NCBI GenBank assembly: GCA_963785435.1
Contig: CAWAVE010000008.1
Location: forward strand, 178,191 to 242,190
Length of the DNA stretch: 64,000 bases
DNA from: an uncultured Solirubrobacterales bacterium
GTDB lineage: Bacteria > Actinomycetota > Thermoleophilia > Solirubrobacterales > Solirubrobacteraceae
Direction: 5' to 3'
Positions within the stretch are counted from its first letter, which is position 1. Each line of letters starts with the position of its first letter. The notes beneath the pieces are model-generated. The model was not told the origin of the DNA, ran no database searches, and saw only the letters and a list, made by a program, of their open reading frames with translations. Shown here piece after piece: positions 28,428-38,086 of this stretch. Position numbers and translations under genes: made by a program.

Positions 28428-28567
28428 GTTATCACCGGTAGCGCATGGTCCAACGGTGGCCGGTTGGTTGAACACATCCGCGCGGTCGCGACCGCACTCG
28501 ACAGTCGTCATTGGGCGCACGAGCGACTCGGCTTTTGTCTCCGATGAGCCCGATGACCATGGCGCTT

Positions 28568-28589
28568 AGCTGTTGAGGCCTCAACAGCT
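28568..28589. terminator. perfect 11-bp palindrome agctgttgagg/cctcaacagct, candidate terminator hairpin 140 nt after 809-aa gene
   Basis: Read directly; no U-tract. Confidence 0.3.
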
Positions 28590-29067
28590 GCGGCGAGTGC
28601 AGCTGGACTCCATTTTGGCCGGGCCCCACGACACCCAATACGCATCATTCTCGCACATACTCCCACCTGGCGTGTGCTGGCCTCGCTGGAGTTCGTCTGA
28701 GGTAGACGCCTACGGTGCCTCGTGGATCGTTGGCTTCGTCACTGGCGTTGAGCAGAAGGTCCTGCAGACCGCTCGGCGTGCTCGTCCTCGACGCCGACGA
28801 CGATCGTTAGCTTGGCGTCGGATTGCCGACATGGGCCTCGACGTAGCGCGGATCGACCGCCGCATCGAAATTGCCGGGCTGAGGGTCGGGATCTGTCCAC
28901 GGGTCGTGCGCCATATTCATCTCCGAGGCAGCTTACGCCTGCGCGGCAGGGAATCCCAGGCCGTTACGATCGGCCAGCTCCAGAGCAGCTCACCACAAGC
29001 CTTTTGGGACGACCGTATGGCACAAGTCGCGATGCTATTCTGTTCATGTGACCACGGAGGTGCCCAC

Positions 29068-29323
29068 ATGAAGGTTGTGACCGTCTGTGACTTCCGCGAC
29101 CACGCGACTGAGATGTTTCGCTCGGAGGACGTGATCCTGGTCACGCGCGAAGGGGCGCCAGCGGGGTTATTCCTGCCGTGGAACACGCCGGAGTTGCCGG
29201 TCGAGGTTCACAAGGGAGGTGTTCCTGCGACTATCTGAGGAGGTCGGGACGCAGCTAGCAGCGTCGGGGGTAAGCGAGTCAGAGGTGCTGGAAGATTTCG
29301 CTGCCTCCCGTAGTAGTCGCTGA
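29068..29323 (+). pseudogene. Phd/YefM-family antitoxin, copy 1, frameshifted (extra G near 29215 vs copy 2)
   Basis: MKVVTVCDFRDHATEMFRSEDVILVTREGAPAGLFLPW.. nearly identical to intact copy at 29954; caagggaggtg vs caaggaggtg. Confidence 0.55.
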
Positions 29324-29709
29324 CGCGAACGTAGTCCTCTTAGCGCTGATCGGTGGCCGCGCCCGCCTCGTCATCGCCTCCCCTCAAGGACCAGCCTGTA
29401 TCGCAACCCGGCGGTTGCCAAGGACAGCGCCCGCCACGTTCCTCGCCTCGCCGCAAAGCGCCGTCTCGATCAGGCACTTCTATTCGCGGCCCTGCGGTCA
29501 TGCCGATCGTGTGGAAGCCGGCGGCGACCTATGACGATCTGCGCGGGAGGCTGAACGGCGCACGCCGCTCGTGACCCCGACGATTGGCCGACCGTCGCGC
29601 TGGCCCTCAAGCTGGACCTACCAGTTGGTCCCAGGACAAGGATCTACGCGACGCTGGCGTCGAGGTCTTCACGACGGGTGATCTGCTCGACGCCCTACGT
29701 CAGCGATGA
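29311..29709 (+). pseudogene. PIN-domain toxin, copy 1, decayed (frameshifts/stops)
   Basis: Begins VVADANVVLLALIGG like copy 2, then loses frame. Confidence 0.4.
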
Positions 29710-29764
29710 GGCGGCTCGGCCCAAACCTCGATCTCCTCGATCTTCGGGGGCAAACCAGGGACCC

Positions 29765-29910
29765 CGTCGCTCCCGTACTTTACCCCCGCCCTCCTTGTCG
29801 CTTCTTCGTGTCGGTTCTCGAAGAACGGCAGGAATGAGGGCTTTGGCTGGACGGCTACGACGCGGCCGTCATCGAGCCAGATACCGTCGAAGATGAGGCT
29901 CAGGAAGTGG
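29765..29910 (-). pseudogene. ~145-bp 3'-terminal fragment of a serine recombinase gene (about 90% identical to 20755-20900), preceded by degenerate att-like core at ~29720-29764
   Basis: cgtactttacccccgccctcc..tgtcgcttcttcgtg..ggttctcgaagaacggcaggaatgagggctttgg shared by both loci. Confidence 0.5.
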
Positions 29911-29953
29911 CGCCGCGATGTTATCCTTCTCGTGTGACCACTGAGATGCCCAC

Positions 29954-30208
29954 ATGAAGGTTGTCACCGTCCGGGATTTCCGCGACCATGCGACCGAGAT
30001 GTTTCGCTCGGAGGACGTGATCTTGGTGACGCGTGACGGGACGCCAGCGGGGTTCTTCTTGCCGTGGGACACGCCGGAGTTGCCGGTTGAGGTTCGCAAG
30101 GAGGTGTTCCTGCGGTTGTCTGAGCAGGTCGGCGCGCAGCTAGCGGCTTTGGGGGTAAGCGAGTCAGAGGTGCTGGACGATTTCGCTGCCTCCCGTAGTA
30201 GTCGCTGA
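29954..30208 (+). CDS. type II antitoxin, Phd/YefM family (84 aa)
   Basis: MKVVTVRDFRDHATEMFRSEDVILVTRDGTPAGFFLPW.. characteristic of YefM/Phd. Confidence 0.75.
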   Translation: MKVVTVRDFRDHATEMFRSEDVILVTRDGTPAGFFLPWDTPELPVEVRKEVFLRLSEQVGAQLAALGVSESEVLDDFAASRSSR

Positions 30209-30596
30209 CGCAAACGTAGTTCTCTCAGCGCTGATCGGTGGCCGCGCCCGCCACGTCATTGCATCCCCGAAAGGGCCAGCCTGCGTCGCCACCCAGGCAG
30301 TCGCAGAAGAGATCGCCCGCCATATTCCTCGCCTCGCCGAAAAGCGCCATTTGGATCAGGCACTTCTATTCGCGGCTCTGCAGGTCATGCCGATCGCGTG
30401 GAAGTCTGGGGCTACCTATGACGAACTTCGGGAGGAGGCTGAGCGGCGCATCGCCGCTCGTGATCCCGATGATTGGCCTACCGTCGCGCTGGCTCTCAAG
30501 CTGGACATACCTGTCTGGTCCCAGGACAAGGATCTACGCGACGCTGGTGTCGAGGTCTTCACGACAGGCGATCTACTTGATGCCCTACCTCAGTGA
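30195..30596 (+). CDS. PIN-domain toxin (VapC-like), copy 2; no canonical start codon in frame (body starts VVVADANVVLSALIGG) - possibly non-canonical initiation or early pseudogene
   Basis: +1 frame relative to antitoxin; PIN N-terminal D, later acidic residues and QDKDLRDAGVEVFTTGD tail; no ATG/GTG/TTG found between upstream TAA and the PIN core. Confidence 0.5.
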   Translation, partial: VVVADANVVLSALIGGRARHVIASPKGPACVATQAVAEEIARHIPRLAEKRHLDQALLFAALQVMPIAWKSGATYDELREEAERRIAARDPDDWPTVALALKLDIPVWSQDKDLRDAGVEVFTTGDLLDALPQ

Positions 30597-30929
30597 GGCG
30601 GCTCCCTCCGACCTCGATCTCCCCGCCATCCGGAGGCAAGCCAGGGACCGACCCAATCGAGGCCGCGACCTCTCTGGGCCTCCGCGCCCACAGGGGTCTC
30701 GCTGACGAACGGCGCTCGCCAATCACCGATCCGCAGTTTCCACTCTGGTGTGTTCGTGAGCTTACGGATCGCTCCAGGCCTCCCGGATTCTCCGCAAGCC
30801 AGGCCGCGTCGCTCACTCGGAGTTCTGCAGCGCCTCATCCAGCGGCACCGTGTGCCCGTCAGCCAGGTCCGCCCAGCCTTCAGCCGCGGGCGGCCTTGCC
30901 GTCATCTCTCAAACGGTAACGCCCCGGCG

Positions 30930-31388
30930 TTAGGCCGATGCTTCCGGCTCTGCGCTCGCCGCCTTTCGGGAGCGGATGTGCGCTAGGCGCTCGACGGGTG
31001 GGAAGGGACTGATCGGCTCGTTCCCGTAGCTGTAGACCTCTAGCTGCGCCAGGCAGCCGTCGCGCGCAAAGACCAACGCCCTCCCGATGGCGTGACCGTG
31101 TGCGTCAAATACAGTCGCCTCGTTGGGGATCGGATAGGCGATCGCGTCGCTCGGAGGCGCATCGGGGATCGCGAGGTCTACCGTCGCGCAACCGCAGTCG
31201 CAGCCGCCCACGATGCGGATGACATCAACCTGTTCGCGTAGAGCCGCACGCCCCACAAAGTCGTCATAGCTCAGGATTGTGACCAAGGCATCCCGCTCAT
31301 CAGCCGATGGCGAGCGCGGCGTCCGCGCTGCGCGCGTGACACGATCGTGGCGACTGGTCACGATCTCAGGATAGTCCGGCTGCATCAC
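30930..31388 (-). CDS. hypothetical protein (152 aa)
   Basis: ORF track; Cys cluster GGCDCGC. Confidence 0.45.
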   Translation of the reverse strand: MMQPDYPEIVTSRHDRVTRAARTPRSPSADERDALVTILSYDDFVGRAALREQVDVIRIVGGCDCGCATVDLAIPDAPPSDAIAYPIPNEATVFDAHGHAIGRALVFARDGCLAQLEVYSYGNEPISPFPPVERLAHIRSRKAASAEPEASA

Positions 31389-31408
31389 AAATCAGCGAGG
31401 TCGCGAGC

Positions 31409-32593
31409 TCACCCGGCTCGTGGCGCGCTGACCTTCTCGGCAGCGTCCGGCGGCGGTGCAAGCTGGCCCTCGGCGTCATCAGCGGGCCCGGCGGCAGGCT
31501 GCTCGCCGTTGCCGTTCTCCGCCCACATCTGCCGTGCTGACTCATAGACGATCATCCCCTGTGACAAGAGGCCCGCGGTGACGTTGGCGAGCCCGTCGGC
31601 GCCGTCGAGGATGTTCACGTTGGCCTTGGAGAGCCCCACGGCGGCCTTCTCGACTATCTCGGGGAGTTGTTCGATCAGCATCCTGTCGAGCGCCACGCGA
31701 TTGCTCGACGCTGCGGCGGTGGACTTCACGGTCATCGCCTCCGCTTCCGCGGCGGCCGCCACACGGGTGCGCTCAGCATCCGCTTCGGCGGGCTTGACGA
31801 CTTCGCCGACGAGCTCCTGCTGGCGCAGGTCGGCCTTCTTCTGAGCGAGTTTCGTCTGCTCCTCGGTGACGGCTCGCTGCGCCTCTGCTTCTGCGAGCGG
31901 ACCCGCCTGCGCAGCTGCTGCCTGAGCCTTGTCGACTTCTGCCTTGTAGCCAGCCTGTGCGACGGCGGTCTCGCGCTCATATTCGGCCTGCTTGCGCGCG
32001 GACTCCTGTTCGGCTTCAGCCGACACCCGGTTGGCCTCAGCTTGAGCGACCTTCGCTTCCTGCTGGATTTTTGCGGTGTGCGGTGCGGCCATCGCTTGGA
32101 TGTAGCCCGAGCCCATGTCGTCGATCGAGCTGATCTGGAAGGAGTCGACGAGCAGCCCGAGCGCTCCGAGCTCACCCTTCGATGCCTCGAGCACCTCTTG
32201 CGCGAGCGCTTGGCGCTCACGCACGATCTTCTCCACGGTCATCGAGCCGATGATCGAGCGCAGGTGCCCAGCGACGATGCGTCCCACGAGCACCGACATC
32301 TGGTTCTCATCAGAGAGAAACCGTTGCGCGGCCGACACGATCGAGGAGGTGTCGTTGCCCACCTTGAACGCGCACACCGCATCCGCCTCGATCGTGATGC
32401 CCTGTTCGGTGACGCAGTGCTCCTGGACGACGGACTCCTGCATCGCAAGCGTGAGGAAGTTCACGTGACGAAAGAACGGCATCACAAACGCGCCCCTGCC
32501 TGTGACGACGCGGAATGGAGCATCGTCTTTTCCGGCCTTACCGCCAGAGATGAGCATCGCCTCGTCCGGGTCGGGCACACGGTATCCCAGCAT
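31409..32593 (-). CDS. flotillin / SPFH (band-7) family protein, 394 aa
   Basis: SPFH domain followed by long Ala/Glu/Gln coiled coil (AEAEAQ repeats); adjacent to NfeD-like gene. Confidence 0.85.
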   Translation of the reverse strand: MLGYRVPDPDEAMLISGGKAGKDDAPFRVVTGRGAFVMPFFRHVNFLTLAMQESVVQEHCVTEQGITIEADAVCAFKVGNDTSSIVSAAQRFLSDENQMSVLVGRIVAGHLRSIIGSMTVEKIVRERQALAQEVLEASKGELGALGLLVDSFQISSIDDMGSGYIQAMAAPHTAKIQQEAKVAQAEANRVSAEAEQESARKQAEYERETAVAQAGYKAEVDKAQAAAAQAGPLAEAEAQRAVTEEQTKLAQKKADLRQQELVGEVVKPAEADAERTRVAAAAEAEAMTVKSTAAASSNRVALDRMLIEQLPEIVEKAAVGLSKANVNILDGADGLANVTAGLLSQGMIVYESARQMWAENGNGEQPAAGPADDAEGQLAPPPDAAEKVSAPRAG

Positions 32594-32800
32594 CTAGCCT
32601 CCTGTGGTTAGCGGCTCAACGTCGACGCGACGCCCGCCGTGAGTGTCGTAGATCACAACAACCGTTCCTCTGGGAAGTGGCTCTGCGGAGTGCGCGATGA
32701 ATGCCTCTCCACCGTCTACCTGAACCTCGCCGGGACCGTCCTTGCCACGCGTGGCGATCGTCAGCGTGCCTCGTGAACCAATGCTCAGATCCGGCATCAC
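32594..32800 (-). CDS. NfeD-like C-terminal OB-fold protein (68 aa), partner of flotillin
   Basis: Gly/Val-rich beta pattern; immediately upstream of flotillin (1-nt gap). Confidence 0.5.
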   Translation of the reverse strand: MMPDLSIGSRGTLTIATRGKDGPGEVQVDGGEAFIAHSAEPLPRGTVVVIYDTHGGRRVDVEPLTTGG

Positions 32801-32936
32801 GTCATCCCCTCGTCACTGTTTGCGCACCAAAAAGCGCAAGCGTATCGATACCGCTGATCCGAACGAGTAGCCGTAAGGCAACTATCTGACCTCGCGGTCG
32901 ATCGAGCCGTGAGCCGCGCATCTCACCGCAGCTAGA

Positions 32937-35321
32937 GTGACCGCCATGACGGACAAGCAGTCGCCCGCGCCGCCACTGGCCGACAGCCACGAGTTGATCC
33001 GCGTGCACGGCGCGCGCGTGAACAACCTCAAGGACGTAAGCGTCGAGATCCCCAAGCGCCGCTTGACGGTCTTCACCGGCGTCTCCGGCTCGGGCAAGAG
33101 CTCGCTCGTGTTCGGCACGATCGCCGCGGAGTCACAGCGGCTGATCAACGAGACCTACAGCGCGTTCGTGCAGGGCTTCATGCCGACGCTTGCGCGGCCA
33201 GAGGTCGACGTGCTCGACGGGCTGACGACAGCGATCCTCGTTGACCAGCAGCGGATGGGCAACAACCCTCGCTCCACGGTCGGCACCGCCACCGACACGG
33301 GCGCGATGCTGCGCATCCTCTTCAGTCGACTTGGAAAGCCGCAGATCGGCTCGCCCAACGCGTACTCCTTCAACGTGCCCTCGGTGCGCGCCAGCGGTGC
33401 GATCACGGTGGATCGAGGCGGCAAGACCCTAACCAAGAAGGCGACGTTCAACCGCCTCGGCGGCATGTGTCCGCGTTGCGAGGGCCGCGGCGCGGTCACC
33501 GACTTCGACCTCTCGGTGCTCTACGACGAGCGCCTCTCGCTCAACGAGGGTGCGCTCACGATCCCCGGCTACAGCATGGATGGCTGGTTCGGGCGCATCT
33601 TCAAGGGCAGCGGCTTCTTCGATCCGGACAAGCCGATTCGCAAGTACAACAAGCGGGAGCTGCACGACCTGCTTTACAAGGAGCCGACCAAGATCAAGGT
33701 CGAGCAGATCAACCTCACCTATGAGGGCCTGATCCCGAAGATTCAGAAGTCGATGCTGTCGAAGGACCTCGACGCGCTGCAGCCGCACATCCGCGCGTTC
33801 GTGGAGCGCGCCGTCACCTTCACCACCTGTCCGGAGTGCGATGGCACGCGGCTCAGCAAGGAGGCCCGCTCATCGAAGATCAAGGGACTCAACATCGCCG
33901 ACGCCTGCGCGCTGCAGATCAGCGATCTTGCCGCGTGGCTTGGCGACCTCGAGGAGTCCTCGGTGGCGCCGCTACTGAACGCGCTGGGAGAGAGCCTCGA
34001 CTCGTTTGTGGAGATCGGGCTGGGCTATCTCTCACTCGAGCGGCCGTCGGGCACGCTGTCGGGCGGCGAGTCCCAGCGCGTCAAGATGATCGGTCACCTC
34101 GGCTCCTCGCTCACCGACGTCACCTACGTCTTCGACGAGCCCACCACGGGCCTGCACCCCCACGACATTCAGGGAATGAACGACCTGCTGCTGCGATTGC
34201 GCGACAAGGGCAACACGGTGCTTGTGGTGGAGCACGAGCCCGATACGATCGCGATCGCCGACCACGTCATCGACCTCGGCCCCGGCGCCGGCGCGGCGGG
34301 CGGCACCGTCTGCTTCGAGGGCACCGTTGTGCAGCTGCGCGCCAGCGGCACGATCACGGGCCGTCATCTAGCGGACCGAACTGCGCTCAAGGAGACGCTG
34401 CGGACTCCCGCCGGCACGCTGGAGATCCGCGGCGCGAGCGCGCACAACCTGCGCGACGTCGACGTCGAGATTCCGCTCGGCGTGCTCGTGGTCCTCACCG
34501 GCGTGGCCGGTTCGGGCAAGAGCTCGCTCGTGCGCTCCTCGATTCCCGCAGGCGCGGGTGTGGTGTCGATCGACCAGGACGCGATCCGCGGCTCGCGCCG
34601 CAGCAACCCGGCGACATACACCGGACTGCTCGACCCGATCCGCAAGGCGTTTGCGAAGGCCAACGATGTGAAGCCCGCGCTGTTCAGCGCAAACTCCGAG
34701 GGCGCCTGCCCCAGCTGCAACGGCGCCGGCGTCATCTACACCGATCTGGCGATGATGGCTGGCGTTGCGAGCATCTGTGAGGAGTGCGAAGGGAAGCGTT
34801 TTGAGGCATCGGTGCTGGAGCATCATCTCGGTGGCCAGGACATCAGTGAGGTGCTCGCGATGTCTGTCGTTGAGGCCGACGCGTTCTTCGCCACCGGCGA
34901 GGCGGCGACGCCGGCGGCGCAGAAGATCCTCACTCGGCTGCTCGAAGTGGGGCTCGGCTACCTGACCATTGGCCAGCCGCTCCCCACGCTGTCCGGCGGC
35001 GAGCGCCAGCGGCTCAAGCTGGCGAGTCACATGGCCGAGAAAGGCGGGATCTACGTTCTCGACGAGCCCACTACCGGCCTGCACCTCGCCGACGTGGAGC
35101 AGCTGCTGGGATTGCTCGACCGGCTCGTCGACTCCGGCAAGTCGGTGATCGTGATCGAGCACCACCAAGCGGTGATGGCACACGCCGACTGGATCATCGA
35201 TCTCGGCCCTGGCGCGGGCCACGACGGCGGCCGGATCGTCTTCGAGGGCACGCCTGCCGATCTCGTTGCCGCCGGCTCCACGCTCACGGGCGAGCACCTC
35301 GCGGCCTACGTAGGCGCCTGA
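32937..35321 (+). CDS. UvrA-like ABC ATPase, class II (UvrA2) paralogue, 794 aa
   Basis: Two ABC modules with Walker [10 protein letters not shown] / GVAGSGKSS, signatures LSGGESQR / LSGGERQR, Zn-finger Cys pairs; shorter than canonical UvrA (lacks UvrB-binding insert). Confidence 0.9.
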   Translation: MTAMTDKQSPAPPLADSHELIRVHGARVNNLKDVSVEIPKRRLTVFTGVSGSGKSSLVFGTIAAESQRLINETYSAFVQGFMPTLARPEVDVLDGLTTAILVDQQRMGNNPRSTVGTATDTGAMLRILFSRLGKPQIGSPNAYSFNVPSVRASGAITVDRGGKTLTKKATFNRLGGMCPRCEGRGAVTDFDLSVLYDERLSLNEGALTIPGYSMDGWFGRIFKGSGFFDPDKPIRKYNKRELHDLLYKEPTKIKVEQINLTYEGLIPKIQKSMLSKDLDALQPHIRAFVERAVTFTTCPECDGTRLSKEARSSKIKGLNIADACALQISDLAAWLGDLEESSVAPLLNALGESLDSFVEIGLGYLSLERPSGTLSGGESQRVKMIGHLGSSLTDVTYVFDEPTTGLHPHDIQGMNDLLLRLRDKGNTVLVVEHEPDTIAIADHVIDLGPGAGAAGGTVCFEGTVVQLRASGTITGRHLADRTALKETLRTPAGTLEIRGASAHNLRDVDVEIPLGVLVVLTGVAGSGKSSLVRSSIPAGAGVVSIDQDAIRGSRRSNPATYTGLLDPIRKAFAKANDVKPALFSANSEGACPSCNGAGVIYTDLAMMAGVASICEECEGKRFEASVLEHHLGGQDISEVLAMSVVEADAFFATGEAATPAAQKILTRLLEVGLGYLTIGQPLPTLSGGERQRLKLASHMAEKGGIYVLDEPTTGLHLADVEQLLGLLDRLVDSGKSVIVIEHHQAVMAHADWIIDLGPGAGHDGGRIVFEGTPADLVAAGSTLTGEHLAAYVGA

Positions 35322-35398
35322 GCGAGCCCGCCGCAAAGGTTGGTGAAACGGGCGTCTCGGGCCTGCGGGCGATGAAACGCCGGCAGGCCCGATCTGCG

Positions 35399-35602
35399 CT
35401 AGACGACCTGGACGTTCGCGGCCTTGGGCCCTTTGTCGCTCGCTTCGGCCTCATATGAGACCTTGGCGCCTTCGGCCAGAGAGCGGTAGCCCTCGCCGAC
35501 GATCGCGGTGTGATGTACGAACAGGTCCTTGGACTCGTCATCGGGTGTGATGAACCCGAAGCCCTTGTCGTCGCTGAACCACTTTACGGTTCCTGTAGCC
35601 AT
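35399..35602 (-). CDS. cspA: cold-shock protein (CspA family), 67 aa
   Basis: [29 protein letters not shown] = RNP1/RNP2 of CSD; long 5' UTR. Confidence 0.85.
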   Translation of the reverse strand: MATGTVKWFSDDKGFGFITPDDESKDLFVHHTAIVGEGYRSLAEGAKVSYEAEASDKGPKAANVQVV

Positions 35603-35756
35603 TGTCTTTCCTCCTGCGTTGAAGTGCTGCGAACGCGGAGATTGCTGAGCAAAGGCTACGAGCGCGGGCACGACTTCGTCGGGCTGATTGCCCGACCTGA
35701 GCTAAAGACGGTAGCAGCGCGCGCCTGCGAAGCCCCTCACGCGGCCACTCGCTATA

Positions 35757-36266
35757 ATGCTTGCTGGCAAGCAATTATTTTTAGAGGATCGGGTTTTGTC
35801 AGCGCCACAGACAGAGGCAGTTTCAGCGCCGGGGCAAGAGGATGACGGCGCGCGCCTGCGCGCAGCGATCGGCAAGCTCTCACGTCGCCTGCGTCCAACG
35901 GTGGCGGGCTCGGGCCTCACGCCCTCAGAGATCTCGGTGCTGTTCACGGTCGCGCGCATGGGGCCGCTGCGCCTGTCTGAGCTGGCGGAGATCGAGAGCC
36001 TGAACCCCACGATGCTCTCGCGCATCGCCGCACAGCTCTGCGAGGCGGATCTGCTGCGGCGTGAGCCCGACCCCGAGGATCGTCGCGCGGCGCTCGTGCG
36101 CGCCACGGCGGCGGGACGGCGCATCCGCGAGCGCATCCATCGCGAGCGCACACAGGCGCTGAACGCGCATGTGGAAGCGCTCGAGGAGGATCAGCGCGAG
36201 GCTCTTTGGAGCGCGCTGCCGGTGCTCGAGGAGCTGGCAGAGCGCCTGCGGGGGCGACGCGCATGA
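35757..36266 (+). CDS. MarR-family transcriptional regulator (start uncertain)
   Basis: wHTH LTPSEISVLFTVARMGPLRLSELAEIESLNPTMLSRIAAQLCEADLLRRE; stop overlaps MFS start (ATGA). Confidence 0.7.
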   Translation: MLAGKQLFLEDRVLSAPQTEAVSAPGQEDDGARLRAAIGKLSRRLRPTVAGSGLTPSEISVLFTVARMGPLRLSELAEIESLNPTMLSRIAAQLCEADLLRREPDPEDRRAALVRATAAGRRIRERIHRERTQALNAHVEALEEDQREALWSALPVLEELAERLRGRRA

Positions 36267-37516
36267 CGCGCCTGATCGGCGTGGGGCGCGTGACCTTCGC
36301 GGCGCTTGCGATCCCCAACTTCCGCCGCTTCTACGCCGGTCAGTCGGTGTCGCTCGTGGGCACCTGGATGCAGATGGCCGCGCAGTCCTGGCTCGTGCTC
36401 ACGCTCACGCGCTCGGCCACTGCGCTCGGCTTGATCATCGCGCTGCAGACGCTGCCCGTGCTGCTGCTCGGCCCCTACGGCGGTGTGGTGGCAGACCGTG
36501 TGGACAAGCGCCGCCTGATGGTGATCCTGCAGATCGCGATGGGCTTGCAGGCGCTCGCGCTCGGCCTGCTCACGATCACGGGCGCGGTGCGTCTCTGGGA
36601 GGTCGGCCTGCTCGCGGCGCTGCTGGGGCTCAACAACGCTTTTGAGAGCCCCGCGCGCCAAGCGTTCATGCTCGAGCTCGTCGGTCCCGAGAGCCTGCGC
36701 AACGCGATCAGCCTCAACTCCGTGATCGTGAACGTCGCGCGCACGATTGGCCCGGCCATCGCCGGCGTGCTGATCGCGACGCTCGGCGAGGGCGTCTGCT
36801 TCCTGCTCAACGCGGCGAGCTTTCTCGCGGTGGTCGCCTCGCTGATCAGCCTCGACCGCGCTGCGCTGAAGCCCACGATCCCGAGCGGCCGCGAGCCGGG
36901 CCAGCTGCGTGAGGGCCTGCGCTACGTGCGCGCGAACCCCGAGCTCGGCGTGCCGCTCGTGATGATGGCGCTCGCCGGCTGTTTGGCCTATGAGTTTCAG
37001 GTCACGCTCCCCGTGATGGCGCGCCAGGGGTTGCACGTTGGTGCGACGGGCTTCGGCTTCATGACCTCCGCGATGGGTCTTGGCGCAGTGCTTGGCGGTT
37101 TGCTGATCGCTACCAAGGGCCGCACAGGGCTGGCGATGCTGGTCGCCTCCGCGTCCGCCTTTGGCGTGCTGCTGCTGCTCGCGAGCATCGCGCCGAATCT
37201 TCCCGTGGAGCTCGTGGCGCTCGCGCTTGTGGGCGGAGCGAGCATCGCGTTCATGGCGAGCGGCAACTCGACGCTGCAGCTCGCGGCCGCGCCGCACATG
37301 CGCGGCCGCGTGATGTCGCTGTGGTTTGTGGCCTTCCAGGGCTCCACGCCGATCGGTGGCCCGCTCGTGGGCTGGGTGATCGCGCAGGCGGGCGCGCGTG
37401 CGGGGCTTGGGCTCGGCGGGATCGCCTGCCTGTTCGTTGCGGCCTTCGGCGTCCTCGCGGTCCGGCGCCTGACGGGCGGCGGCCTGCGAGCGAGCTTCGC
37501 GCTCAGCGCGAGGTAG
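36263..37516 (+). CDS. MFS transporter (417 aa)
   Basis: 12 predicted TM segments, MFS-type loop motifs; coupled to MarR. Confidence 0.85.
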   Translation: MTRLIGVGRVTFAALAIPNFRRFYAGQSVSLVGTWMQMAAQSWLVLTLTRSATALGLIIALQTLPVLLLGPYGGVVADRVDKRRLMVILQIAMGLQALALGLLTITGAVRLWEVGLLAALLGLNNAFESPARQAFMLELVGPESLRNAISLNSVIVNVARTIGPAIAGVLIATLGEGVCFLLNAASFLAVVASLISLDRAALKPTIPSGREPGQLREGLRYVRANPELGVPLVMMALAGCLAYEFQVTLPVMARQGLHVGATGFGFMTSAMGLGAVLGGLLIATKGRTGLAMLVASASAFGVLLLLASIAPNLPVELVALALVGGASIAFMASGNSTLQLAAAPHMRGRVMSLWFVAFQGSTPIGGPLVGWVIAQAGARAGLGLGGIACLFVAAFGVLAVRRLTGGGLRASFALSAR

Positions 37517-37520
37517 CTGC

Positions 37521-37982
37521 GTGGGCGACGCGCCAAGCGCGGTCGTTCGCCTGCTCGCCGGGCCGGACGAGCGCGCGCAGGCCTATGCGCTGCGCGAGCA
37601 GGTCTTCTATGGCGAGCAGGGCGTGCCGCGCCAGGAGGATCTCGACGGGCTCGACGATCAGGCGCTGCACGTCGTCGCGCTCGCGCCCGGAGAGGCGCGT
37701 GTGATCGGCACGCTGCGCGTGGTCATCGACGGCTCGCGCGCAAAAGTCGGGCGGGTGGTCGTGGAGCGCGACTGGCGCGGTCGTGGCATCGCCTCACGGA
37801 TGCTCACGCTCGCGCTCGCGCAGGCACGCGAGCGCGGCTGCGAGCAGGTGCGCCTTGCCTCACAGCTGCGGGTCGTGGCGTTGTATGAGCGCGCCGGCTT
37901 CGTGGTCGAATCCGAGCCTTTCGAGGAAGCGGGCATCCCCCACGTGTGGATGGGCCTGCGCCTAAGCAGCTCGAGCTGCTAG
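37521..37982 (+). CDS. GNAT-family N-acetyltransferase
   Basis: RGRGIASRML acetyl-CoA binding motif (Q/RxxGxG/A). Confidence 0.8.
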   Translation: MGDAPSAVVRLLAGPDERAQAYALREQVFYGEQGVPRQEDLDGLDDQALHVVALAPGEARVIGTLRVVIDGSRAKVGRVVVERDWRGRGIASRMLTLALAQARERGCEQVRLASQLRVVALYERAGFVVESEPFEEAGIPHVWMGLRLSSSSC

Positions 37983-38086
37983 CGCGGACGGAGGATCGAT
38001 ACGGCGCATGGCGCCGCCACGAGTCTCTATGATCCGCCACTGATCAACCGCCGGTTCGTTTACGCTCCGGCGTAACGCCACGCACA

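Noticed and set aside
28573-29238. 221-aa plus-strand ORF
   Set aside because: It is a chimera. Only its last ~55 codons, the frameshifted Phd/YefM copy, are meaningful; the upstream part is Arg-rich read-through of intergenic DNA.
31667-32611. 314-aa plus-strand ORF antisense to flotillin
   Set aside because: The opposite strand encodes a clear SPFH/coiled-coil protein. The antisense coiled-coil region naturally stays open.
33836-35336. Long antisense or alternate-frame ORFs inside uvrA (314 aa plus, 322 aa minus)
   Set aside because: They overlap a well-supported ABC ATPase gene; Arg/Ala/Gly-rich artefact translations.
35752-35757. TATAAT hexamer as the -10 promoter element for marR
   Set aside because: It overlaps the only in-frame ATG given by the ORF track, so it cannot be both. 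It is more likely coincidental or implies a later start; this is left unresolved.
36191-37297. 368-aa minus-strand ORF antisense to the MFS transporter
   Set aside because: Arg/His/Glu-rich low-complexity translation is typical of antisense frames in high-GC DNA; the sense strand encodes a convincing 12-TM transporter.
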